51,336 nucleotides of DNA from a virus. Taxonomy: Duplodnaviria; Caudoviricetes. The position numbers were made by a program, and so were the translations under genes. Each line of letters begins with the position of its first letter. The stretch's first letter is position 1. Positions 1 through 7,665 of the stretch are shown piece by piece. Location of the stretch: positions 1 through 51,336 of the IMG/VR virus record IMGVR_UViG_3300022930_000004; one strand, written 5' to 3'. The notes beneath the pieces were generated by a model. That model had not been told where the DNA came from. It saw only the letters and a list, made by a program, of their open reading frames with translations, and made no database searches.

Positions 1-127
1 AAAGTTAACAAATAAAAGGCGTAATACCATCCGATAATTACGCCTTTCAAACAAACCAAACTTACTCATGAAAGTAATTGCCTCATTTCTCCTTACTGAT
101 TACTTTCGGATAAGCGAATTGTGATCA
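1..127. repeat. 127-bp terminal direct repeat, left copy (circular assembly overlap)
   Basis: 1..127 is identical to 51210..51336. Confidence 0.95.
14..47 (-). terminator. Intrinsic terminator at the end of the tRNA operon
   Basis: aaaggcgtaat / attacgccttt inverted repeat with a T tract on the minus strand. Confidence 0.7.
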
Positions 128-152
128 GTTCGGTGCTTCATGTAGGACTTTG

Positions 153-223
153 CAAAGGTGGCTGGATTCGAACCAACATCAATAGTTTTGGAGACTATCA
201 AACTACCATTGTTATACACCTTC
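153..223 (-). tRNA. tRNA-Trp(CCA)
   Basis: Acceptor GAAGGTG/CACCTTT, anticodon arm ATAGT-CTCCAAA-ACTAT, T loop TTCGAAT; CCA end not encoded. Confidence 0.9.
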
Positions 224-394
224 ATAATTCTCAGGGCAAACCTCTAATCTTTGTATACTTATGTGATTCCATTAGTTTCCTAAAATAAGCCCAAAAAAAA
301 GAGGTGTCGGTAAAGCCCCAGAATTTAATCCGACGTTGCTCAGTTACTCTCTTCGTGAATCAACATCGAATACCCTCACTGCATATTTTAACTG

Positions 395-468
395 TGTACC
401 CTGATGGATTCGAACCACCGACCTAATGAGTATGAGTCATTTGCTCTAACCAACTGAGCTAAGGGTAC
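395..468 (-). tRNA. tRNA with CAT anticodon (Ile2 or elongator Met)
   Basis: Acceptor GTACCCT/AGGGTAC, D arm GCTCAGTTGGTTAGAGC, anticodon arm AATGA-CTCATAC-TCATT, T loop TTCGAAT. Confidence 0.9.
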
Positions 469-586
469 AAATTCGGGTTGCTTTTGCTGTATCACTCGCT
501 CAGTAGCAACTCCTTCATGGTAAACCCACACTGATCACGCTTTCTATCGGCATCGGCTGCGTGGCCTCATCTTATTTCAGACCGAA

Positions 587-665
587 TGGTGAACAGAGAA
601 GGACTCGAACCTTCAAATCCCCATACACTAAGGTATGGCACGTCTACCAATTCCGCCACCTGTTC
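587..665 (-). tRNA. Atypical tRNA: Leu-like D arm, 8-nt anticodon loop containing TAG, short variable loop, encoded CCA
   Basis: Acceptor GAACAGG/TCTGTTC-A-CCA, D arm GGCGGAATTGGTAGACG, CCATA-CCTTAGTG-TATGG, T arm GAAGG-TTCGAGT-CCTTC. Confidence 0.75.
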
Positions 666-671
666 ATACAG

Positions 672-780
672 CAAACATACACCAATACTTTTTAACTTGC
701 AAATATGTAACAGATATGTTTCAATGTAACATTTATATTGGAAATTTTTAGTGTTGGTTTTTTAGGTGTAGATTGCGGGT
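672..780. promoter_or_regulatory. Divergent promoter region (tRNA operon leftward, ORF781 rightward) with GTAAC box
   Basis: Minus-strand TATGTTTG 672-679; box GTAAC-agatat-GTTTC 707-722; plus-strand TAGATTGC 769-776. Confidence 0.7.
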
Positions 781-1176
781 ATGAAACTAGAACTAAAGCA
801 CATCGCTCCTTATTTGCCTTATAAAGTAAAAGTATATAATTCTAATGCATATCCCTTATGCGGTTTATTTGAAATGAATCACAACGGGGGTGCCGGAATG
901 ATTGCTATATCCGAATTGTTAGCATCTCCTAAGTTATACAAAATTGCTTTGAGGTCAATGTATGATTTAGAAGATTCGTCAAAAAATTACCTTAATCTAT
1001 TGAATGAGTTAGGTCAAAAAGTTGAATATAAAGGAGGTTATTTTTCTGATGGGGTAGCTTTATTTGATGATCCATGTTGGCTTCCTTATGTTAGCTTCGA
1101 ATTTCTGCTAGAAAATCACTTCGACGTTTTCGGCCTCATTGATCATGGTCTTGCTATTGACATTAATCACCTTTAA
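781..1176 (+). CDS. Hypothetical phage protein, paralog of 29391..29819
   Basis: Shared motifs YLPY, LR(S/P)M, PY..LEN.FD..LI..GLA.DIN. Confidence 0.75.
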   Translation: MKLELKHIAPYLPYKVKVYNSNAYPLCGLFEMNHNGGAGMIAISELLASPKLYKIALRSMYDLEDSSKNYLNLLNELGQKVEYKGGYFSDGVALFDDPCWLPYVSFEFLLENHFDVFGLIDHGLAIDINHL

Positions 1177-1270
1177 TATGGAAGTCGCATTGATTTGCTT
1201 CATAGCTATATTCTTGCTGGGAGTAGCAATGGATTGGCCGGAATGGAAACGTAAACAGAAAAATAAGTAG

Positions 1271-1378
1271 TATATTTGTAGTATAGTTAAACGGATGCGG
1301 CCACATTCAATAAAGACATTTTTAAAAACCTTATAGGGGGATTCTGGCCGGATGAACCTTATAAGGTTTTTTCATTTT
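1271..1378 (+). promoter_or_regulatory. Promoter and structured 5' leader (terminator-like hairpin with loop pseudoknot)
   Basis: TATATTTG 1271-1278; stem 1324-1335/1360-1371; CGGCCA 1298-1303 is complementary to loop TGGCCG 1345-1350. Confidence 0.65.
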
Positions 1379-2116
1379 ATGATAGGGATATATAAGATAG
1401 TTTCACCTTCCAGAAGAATATACATAGGACAAAGTATTGATATAGAGAGAAGGTTTGCGAAATACAAAAGGTACAGTCATTGTAAAAAACAAATAAGGCT
1501 TCATAGCTCGTTAATTAAATACGGATCTGAGAATCACTTGTTTGAAGTTATTGAAGAATGCGCTATTGACGAACTGAATAACAGGGAGCGTTTTTGGCAA
1601 GATTATTATGACGTTTTAAGTAAAAAAGGCCTTAACTGTATGCTGACAAAAAGCAGTGATAAATCTGGCAAATCCTCTCCTGAGTCAGTAGAAAAAATGA
1701 AAGCCAAATTGAAGGGTGTTAAAAGAAAACCTCATACTGAAGAATCTAAAATAAAAATTAGTCTAGCTATAAAGGGTAAAAAAAGAACAGAAGAAGCTAA
1801 AGCAAATATGAGAAAAGCATTCGCAAATAGGATGCCTACTTTTGGTTATAAGCACACAGAAGAAGCAAAGAGAAAGATTAGCGAATTAACAAAAGGAAAT
1901 AAACGTAATTTAGGCAGAAAACATACTTTAGCTAATAGGATAATGTGGGCTGAAGTTAGCGCCATTTCGCAAGGAAAAATGGTCTTGAATATGGAGACAG
2001 GAATTTACTACCCTGCTCTATCCCAGGCAGCAAAAATAATAAACGTACATTACAGTCATCTAGCAAGAATGCTTAAAGGAGATAGAAAAAATGTAACCTC
2101 ATTTATTTATGTATAA
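1379..2116 (+). CDS. Free-standing GIY-YIG homing endonuclease with NUMOD3-like repeats
   Basis: GIYKI..YIGQS..R motif and repeated H(T)EE.K.KIS motifs; start moved to ATG 1379 because 1352 lies inside the leader hairpin. Confidence 0.9.
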   Translation: MIGIYKIVSPSRRIYIGQSIDIERRFAKYKRYSHCKKQIRLHSSLIKYGSENHLFEVIEECAIDELNNRERFWQDYYDVLSKKGLNCMLTKSSDKSGKSSPESVEKMKAKLKGVKRKPHTEESKIKISLAIKGKKRTEEAKANMRKAFANRMPTFGYKHTEEAKRKISELTKGNKRNLGRKHTLANRIMWAEVSAISQGKMVLNMETGIYYPALSQAAKIINVHYSHLARMLKGDRKNVTSFIYV

Positions 2117-2118
2117 CA

Positions 2119-2152
2119 AAAACCCCTATAACAATTAAGCTATAGGGGTTTT
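2119..2152. terminator. Bidirectional intrinsic terminator between the endonuclease and capsid genes
   Basis: aaaacccctata / tataggggtttt inverted repeat. Confidence 0.85.
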
Positions 2153-2172
2153 ATCTCTACTCTTACGCGGTA

Positions 2173-3435
2173 CTATGAAGTTACAGCAGTAAATAAACGT
2201 TTAAACGCTTCAGGGAAACGGATTACCAAGGCAACACGACCTTCCAAGCGAATTGTCACGATATTTTTTCCGAAGTTATCCTTGTGTTCGCTTGAGTAAG
2301 CGATCTCCATTGCTTTACGCTGAAAGATAGCTGCACCTCTTGCGAAGTCTCCGACAAGTCCTTCATTTTCATTAAACACGTTCGACCAGTAGATAGGGAT
2401 ACCTCCGATAGTCATAACCCCATCCGATCGTAATATGATTGGGTAAGTGTACTCGTCTGTATTTCCTTTGTTAATCAAAATTTCCATCCACTGGACAGGA
2501 GATAGCACTACTGCTGATGTAGCGCGCTTCAACATCCTAACTTCAGTTATGCCAGCCATAACTTTGTCTATTGCATTCGAGGCACTTGTAACACTACCTA
2601 AAGGTAAAGTTTGGAAGTCAGCCTGAGTCCATAAACCAAGGATAGCCGTATTGCCGCCAGCTCCTTTGTAGATTTGGTAATCCTCGAAGTCCAAATAAGC
2701 TTTCGGAAGCTCGTATGCAATCCATGCTCTAAACCCAACTAGATCCTCAAGCATTTCGTCACTGACGTCCAATAATCCTGCAATCTTCTGAACCAGAGCC
2801 TGTTCCACAGCAGAATCATAACCCAAATCAGGTTTTTGACCTCCTTCAGCAGTATAGCCGTAACCATCAGCATCTGGATCTACAGTGAATTGAACGAACT
2901 TGATTACATCAGAGATCGTAGGGAATACAGGGATAATGTCGCGGGCATGGAACTCATCATGACCAGGGCCTGTAACGGTGGTAAATTGTGGAGCTACGCC
3001 GCCTGTTGGCTTAAGCATTGCTTTTTCTTCAACTTCCATTTCAAGCTTACGACCTTTGAAGAATCCTTTGAGCAATCCTTCTCCTTCCTCTGTGGAAAGT
3101 TTTTCGATAATGAAGTCAGATACTCCTTTAGCGCGATCATTTACCTCTCCTACTTTAGCTCGGTTCAAAGTTTTAGTTACTTCAGCAAGATCAAGTTCGT
3201 ACTTATCAGCTAGCTCTTTCAAAGCAGCAGCGTTAGCATCAGTAATGCCTTTAAGTTCAGCCTCACGCTCAGCTTTCAGTTCTTCCTTCATTGCCTCAAT
3301 AGCTTCCTTAGCCGACTTCTCAGCTTGCTCTTTAATCAGTCCTTGCTCGTAAGCCGACTTTTCATCGAGGTATTTTTCTTTTTGATACTCCGACAGAGCC
3401 TCAAATTCTGATGGTGTTTTCTTTACGAATGACAT
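2173..3435 (-). CDS. Major capsid protein, HK97 fold, with N-terminal coiled-coil delta domain
   Basis: AEGGQKP, KIAGLLDVSDEMLED, GDF and F.KN.VTIRLEGR..L....P.AF motifs; follows the protease gene. Confidence 0.93.
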   Translation of the reverse strand: MSFVKKTPSEFEALSEYQKEKYLDEKSAYEQGLIKEQAEKSAKEAIEAMKEELKAEREAELKGITDANAAALKELADKYELDLAEVTKTLNRAKVGEVNDRAKGVSDFIIEKLSTEEGEGLLKGFFKGRKLEMEVEEKAMLKPTGGVAPQFTTVTGPGHDEFHARDIIPVFPTISDVIKFVQFTVDPDADGYGYTAEGGQKPDLGYDSAVEQALVQKIAGLLDVSDEMLEDLVGFRAWIAYELPKAYLDFEDYQIYKGAGGNTAILGLWTQADFQTLPLGSVTSASNAIDKVMAGITEVRMLKRATSAVVLSPVQWMEILINKGNTDEYTYPIILRSDGVMTIGGIPIYWSNVFNENEGLVGDFARGAAIFQRKAMEIAYSSEHKDNFGKNIVTIRLEGRVALVIRFPEAFKRLFTAVTS

Positions 3436-3446
3436 CTTTTTTGGTT

Positions 3447-4274
3447 TTAAGTTAATAATAAACTAGACTTTAATTTTTGACTGACTTCTGTCGGGTCAAT
3501 TTTATCTTTATTTTCATTCAAGTTGTCATTCGACGGACTCTCTATGATTTCAAATTTAACAGGCAACGTTGGAGTTAACTCATTGCTGCCATTCAGAACG
3601 CAACTGATCTCAATCAATCCGGCCTCATATACGCAGTAGAAATAACCTCTCTCATCCGCCTTTTCAGGATTACCCAACATTGGATAAACCTTATTCCATT
3701 CAGCATAAGCTTCAGGGTAATCTTTGTCATTAAGGGCAAACTTAACGCTGATATATCTCATACCCACAGAATGTTGATCGATGTCTCCGTTCTTATACTG
3801 CTTGAATACAGACTCATTCATTTCTTTTTGGATCTCGCTATATCCAAACAAAGCCTGGGTTTTACCGTCTTTCTCAATCCCTAATTCAGACCATTTAATA
3901 TCCGATTCATATACCTCTAAGAATTTACCGACCTTAGCTGTGATCTGATGAATATGGTCATGAAGGTGAGATATCCGACTTGCATCTTTTTGCGCTAACG
4001 AGGCTTTAAAGCAGTTCTTCATATGAACGTCTTCATGAGAATCCATCCATAAATAAGAATTGCCGACTACAGTACGATAGATTACATCATCCGTATCTTC
4101 ATCATCTCTTTCGGCACCCATTGCTTTTGCGGCAAATCTCTTTACCTCGATGTCGATGCCATTATTCAAAATGAAAGGATCACAAGCTTTAATCTGAGCC
4201 TTTTTTAAGCTGATTATTTCTTTCTGATTATCAATCAGGTATTTGTTGCGCTCCTTAATTGTTTTGAATTCCAT
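3447..4274 (-). CDS. Prohead maturation protease (HK97 family)
   Basis: DSHEDV..F..S, HDH, HSVG (catalytic Ser) and LIEISCV..GSN motifs; directly upstream of the capsid gene. Confidence 0.8.
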   Translation of the reverse strand: MEFKTIKERNKYLIDNQKEIISLKKAQIKACDPFILNNGIDIEVKRFAAKAMGAERDDEDTDDVIYRTVVGNSYLWMDSHEDVHMKNCFKASLAQKDASRISHLHDHIHQITAKVGKFLEVYESDIKWSELGIEKDGKTQALFGYSEIQKEMNESVFKQYKNGDIDQHSVGMRYISVKFALNDKDYPEAYAEWNKVYPMLGNPEKADERGYFYCVYEAGLIEISCVLNGSNELTPTLPVKFEIIESPSNDNLNENKDKIDPTEVSQKLKSSLLLT

Positions 4275-4276
4275 AT

Positions 4277-4390
4277 CTATTTTCTAACTACCTTTCCGAC
4301 TTTATTAGCTGCTTTCAATTCCAATTCCTTAACCTCTTTAGTGGTTAATTTTGGTTTTTCGGCTTCTGTTTTTTCTTTAGGTTGTTTCAT
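4277..4390 (-). CDS. Small Lys/Glu-rich protein (37 aa), first gene of the head operon
   Basis: Manual translation MKQPKEKTEAEKPKLTTKEVKELELKAANKVGKVVRK; ATG is 6 nt after TATTTTTG. Confidence 0.6.
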   Translation of the reverse strand: MKQPKEKTEAEKPKLTTKEVKELELKAANKVGKVVRK

Positions 4391-4419
4391 CGTATTCAAA
4401 AATACGCAATACCTGCTAT

Positions 4420-4435
4420 GTAACAAGATTGTTAC
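4420..4435. promoter_or_regulatory. Palindromic operator box GTAAC-N6-GTTAC
   Basis: GTAACAA-GA-TTGTTAC between divergent promoters. Confidence 0.7.
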
Positions 4436-4491
4436 TAAATAATAATTACCCGTTAATTTGGATATATAAATATTCTATCGTATATTCGTTT

Positions 4492-4689
4492 ATGGATTTG
4501 AAAGAAGCTATAAATGAAATAAAGTCTAGGGTTAAGCCATACAACCAGGCAGGAATACCTCAAAGCACATTCGTTAATACAGTCAGGAATATTGAAGCCG
4601 GACTTGCTAAAAGGAATACCATTGAGTCTTTCATGGCTAAATTCGGGTATAAAGTAGAAAGGATTGAGAAATGGACAAAGAACAGTTAA
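4492..4689 (+). CDS. Small putative HTH-like DNA-binding protein
   Basis: ATG 4492 is 3 nt after TATATTCG; AGIPQSTF...IEAG resembles an XRE-type HTH (weak). Confidence 0.5.
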   Translation: MDLKEAINEIKSRVKPYNQAGIPQSTFVNTVRNIEAGLAKRNTIESFMAKFGYKVERIEKWTKNS

Positions 4690-4836
4690 TATCACACTAC
4701 AGAAGCCGTTTCGAATTGTGCATCCGGTTGTATCGTGAAAGCGGAATGAGTATAGAATCTCACGACAAATGGCATAGGTATTACATTCATTACTTCTGGA
4801 AATTGGAAGATTTGATAAAGCAAATAACATAAAAAT

Positions 4837-5208
4837 ATGAAAAATCCAGCCGGCAGTGTTTCGATTCTTGATAAAGAATTCACGCTTAAAGAATTATTAG
4901 AATTTACCTCTAAATCACGTGGTGATATTAAAGTTTTCAATAGCTGTATGACTTTAGATTACAGTATTTCAGTATGCCTTAAATATAATCCAAAAGATGA
5001 TTTTGAGTCTATCTCAGATGTTATTAGGGATGGAAACAAGTTAATGGCGCTATATGACTTTTCAAACAAGTACAACCCTATTGATATAAACGGTCTTAGA
5101 TTGATACCGTATCTTGATATGAAAATAGAACGGGATGTTGATGATAATTACGTTTTTGAGAATTATAACAAAGCTATTCTTACAGATAAAATATTAGTAT
5201 TACTTTAA
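4837..5208 (+). CDS. Hypothetical protein
   Basis: ORF with A-rich initiation region in a plus-strand operon. Confidence 0.65.
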   Translation: MKNPAGSVSILDKEFTLKELLEFTSKSRGDIKVFNSCMTLDYSISVCLKYNPKDDFESISDVIRDGNKLMALYDFSNKYNPIDINGLRLIPYLDMKIERDVDDNYVFENYNKAILTDKILVLL

Positions 5209-5217
5209 AATAAATAT

Positions 5218-5412
5218 ATGAGTACGTTTAAAAAGAATCCAACAGTAGAAGAACTCCAAAAGGAAGTTGAGCTACTACAATCGCAGGTCATAACGACCAA
5301 TTCAAAGTTAAATGCCGCAATCAAGAAGCTGGACAATCATCCTGCTGCTATTGAATTGTCTTCGGTTAAATCGAAGTGGTGGTATAGGCTTTTTACTTGG
5401 ATTGGATTGTAG
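5218..5412 (+). CDS. Hypothetical coiled-coil protein
   Basis: Tightly packed ORF with a heptad pattern. Confidence 0.6.
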   Translation: MSTFKKNPTVEELQKEVELLQSQVITTNSKLNAAIKKLDNHPAAIELSSVKSKWWYRLFTWIGL

Positions 5413-5415
5413 GTC

Positions 5416-5799
5416 ATGGGAAGAGAGATAAAGTTTAGAGGATTGAGACTTGACGGGAAAGGTCTTGCTTACGGAAGCTTAATACAGACTATAGATGGAT
5501 ATTGCTACATTTTTAGCGGTGATGCTGATGACATACATACTTGTTTTATGAATTTAGTCAATCCAGAATCAATAGAACAATTCATAGGTGTTACTGACAA
5601 GAACGTAATCAAGGTTTTTGAGGGTGATATACTTGAAAATCCTAAAGGCGATAAAGGATTAGTAGTGTTTCATGAAGCCGTGTTCTACTTAAAATCAACA
5701 CGTAGAAATGGATCGGTAATCTATATTCAATTGAATGAGGGATTTATATCCAACAAAAAGATAATCGGAAACTTACACGAAAACCCAGATCTTTTATGA
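5416..5799 (+). CDS. YopX family protein
   Basis: REIKFRG..QFIG..DKN...FEGDIL..IIGNLHENPDLL signature. Confidence 0.85.
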   Translation: MGREIKFRGLRLDGKGLAYGSLIQTIDGYCYIFSGDADDIHTCFMNLVNPESIEQFIGVTDKNVIKVFEGDILENPKGDKGLVVFHEAVFYLKSTRRNGSVIYIQLNEGFISNKKIIGNLHENPDLL

Positions 5800-6077
5800 C
5801 AACCTTCATAACCATATTAGCAACCGCCTTCGTAGTCCAAAGAATAGCCATCTATTGCCTTGACAGGAAAAAAAAGCAGTCATTAGAAAGATTACACGCA
5901 CTGGAAATGAAGCGGGAAAGGAATAAGCAGCTATACGCTTTTAGGATGAGACTGCTACATGAATTCGGAAATGACATTACAGAAGCAATGCCGGAACATA
6001 GGAAGATGTTAGATTCGGATAAGCCATTGGTTGCTAGTGAGTGGGTTGATGTTGATAAACTGGTAAATTTGAACTGA
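5796..6077 (+). CDS. Hypothetical protein with N-terminal membrane anchor
   Basis: ATGA overlap with the previous gene; hydrophobic N-terminus. Confidence 0.6.
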   Translation: MTTFITILATAFVVQRIAIYCLDRKKKQSLERLHALEMKRERNKQLYAFRMRLLHEFGNDITEAMPEHRKMLDSDKPLVASEWVDVDKLVNLN

Positions 6078-6334
6078 TGAGAAAACAAATCAACTCTTGT
6101 GCCGGCAAAGAAGCATACAAAACTAAGCAGCAAGCCAACGTAGCAGCTAAACACTTGAATATGTTAGGCGGTGTAAGAGTTGTTTCTTATAGATGTACTG
6201 TATGCAGTTCGGTTCATATAGGTCATGACGGTAAAGGCCGTAAATTAAAGCCAAAAGGCAAGTATAAAAGAAAAATAATAGATTATGAACATGAGCCTAA
6301 AACTCATGTTGCTGATAGGAGGTTTATAAAATGA
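6077..6334 (+). CDS. Small basic Zn-binding protein
   Basis: C.GK..Y...A...YRC..C...HIGH pattern. Confidence 0.65.
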   Translation: MRKQINSCAGKEAYKTKQQANVAAKHLNMLGGVRVVSYRCTVCSSVHIGHDGKGRKLKPKGKYKRKIIDYEHEPKTHVADRRFIK

Positions 6335-6732
6335 ATGTAAAAGAATTAAGGGTAGGTAGCTTAATAACTTCTAAAACATGGAAAGGAATCCATAAAATAT
6401 CTGCTGTAATTCAAAATAAAAGTAATTTTGACGTGGTTGTGAACGGATTTACGCACATATTTAAGGATGGTTATTTTTGTGAAATAGCGCCAATACCTTT
6501 AAATAAAGAGGTGCTGATTAAGCTTGGATTTGCTCCGTTATCTGATTCGGATCATGGGTTGAGGCTATCTGTTAATTCAGTAGATGAGCTTTCATGGTCT
6601 TTCAATGAGAAGATACTTAAGTATCAAACTAAAGGCTCTGGATTTACACGTGACTATAACATCAAATACGTCCACCAGTTACAGAATTTATATTTCGCGC
6701 TTACAGGTAAAGAATTGGAGGTAAAATCATGA
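6331..6732 (+). CDS. Conserved hypothetical phage protein
   Basis: ELRVG..PIPL..E.LIKLGF..IKYVHQLQNLYFALTG.EL pattern; coupled by ATGA overlap. Confidence 0.75.
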   Translation: MNVKELRVGSLITSKTWKGIHKISAVIQNKSNFDVVVNGFTHIFKDGYFCEIAPIPLNKEVLIKLGFAPLSDSDHGLRLSVNSVDELSWSFNEKILKYQTKGSGFTRDYNIKYVHQLQNLYFALTGKELEVKS

Positions 6733-6974
6733 TCAAAACTCGTAAGTCAAACAAAATATACGCAGTGAGATGTGATGTAACTGCCGATATGGAATATTGC
6801 TTCCCTGACATTCACAAGTTCCTTAAGAAGGATTCGCTTAGAAATCTAAAATTGCCAAAAAATACACTTAAGATTATATTCAAGGATAAAAGACAAGGAT
6901 TTTATGGTGACGGATTTGTAAGGAATGTTAAAACAGTGATTTTTAGATACAATATTATAACTTTTAAAAGATGA
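6729..6974 (+). CDS. Hypothetical protein
   Basis: ATGA-coupled ORF. Confidence 0.55.
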   Translation: MIKTRKSNKIYAVRCDVTADMEYCFPDIHKFLKKDSLRNLKLPKNTLKIIFKDKRQGFYGDGFVRNVKTVIFRYNIITFKR

Positions 6975-7219
6975 CAATAAACGAAATAAAAAAAGCCCTT
7001 TATAAGGAGAAGCCAATGGCTACAATGACTGATGATGGCGTTAGCGGAACAAGAGGCGCTTCTGCTATTACAATAGTTACTTACCATGCTAAATTTTCCG
7101 GAGGCAGCATTGATTTCTGTGTTCCGACTCATGAAATGGGAGCTAATCATTTTGGGAAACAGCAACCTGCTCATTTATTGATAAGGTGGATTGAAGAAAG
7201 TAGATTTAAATCATCATGA
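6971..7219 (+). CDS. Hypothetical protein
   Basis: ATGA-coupled ORF. Confidence 0.65.
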   Translation: MTINEIKKALYKEKPMATMTDDGVSGTRGASAITIVTYHAKFSGGSIDFCVPTHEMGANHFGKQQPAHLLIRWIEESRFKSS

Positions 7220-7665
7220 AAACAACCGAACTACACAAAGAACTAGCCAAGCATCGTAAATTATTGCATCGTGCTGTAGGCAATAGGATTGTGCCTCACA
7301 TAAATTATCATCATTACGAGATCATAAGGATTATCGATGAGATAGAAAAATCTGAAAAAGAAACTAAATACGTTTTTGGATTTCCTTTAATTGGTGTCCC
7401 TGATAGCCATGGTGATATTATGAGTCATGATTTACTTGAAAAACTTAAGAACGCTCATCATGAATGGAACGAAACTCATGTATCCATTTCACCAATGAGT
7501 AATTTACCATCAATTAAAATGATGTATCATGATCAGGAAACTGAGGCCGGAAGAATGTTGTGTGAATCTTACCTAAAATCGGAAGATCTAGCAATTTTAA
7601 CTGGCAATTTCAATACTTCAACGTCAGCAGACGGAACACATTCAGACACTCATACATCAAAATGA
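7216..7665 (+). CDS. Hypothetical protein with a partial XkdF-like (phage head protease) segment
   Basis: VFG..PDSHGDIMS..LEK..H..MYH...G..CESYL resembles the XkdF N-terminal half; the later catalytic region is absent. Confidence 0.45.
   Translation: MKTTELHKELAKHRKLLHRAVGNRIVPHINYHHYEIIRIIDEIEKSEKETKYVFGFPLIGVPDSHGDIMSHDLLEKLKNAHHEWNETHVSISPMSNLPSIKMMYHDQETEAGRMLCESYLKSEDLAILTGNFNTSTSADGTHSDTHTSK

Noticed and set aside
471-587. Hammerhead ribozyme in the tRNA spacer
   Set aside because: GATGAG and GAAA are present on the minus strand, but the CUGAUGA core and the required stems are not.
587-665. Genome-wide stop-codon reassignment served by the odd tRNA
   Set aside because: Core genes are full length in the standard code, and TAA, TAG and TGA all serve as stops at tightly coupled gene junctions.
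1379-2116. GIY-YIG gene as part of a group I intron
   Set aside because: It has its own promoter and terminator and does not interrupt any gene; the capsid ORF is complete.
2836-3352. Plus-strand ORFs inside the capsid gene, and similar shadow ORFs in terL, terS, primase, helicase, tape measure and tube genes
   Set aside because: They are antisense to well-supported genes, have Ser/Phe-rich shadow composition and lack promoter or initiation context.
4420-4435. Box as a known host regulator site (CRP, NtcA, TnrA/GlnR, TyrR)
   Set aside because: Half-site or spacing differs from CRP, NtcA and TnrA. It resembles the TyrR box geometry (TGTAAA-N6-TTTACA), but the inner base is consistently different and the inferred host phylum does not fit. 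A host factor is not excluded.
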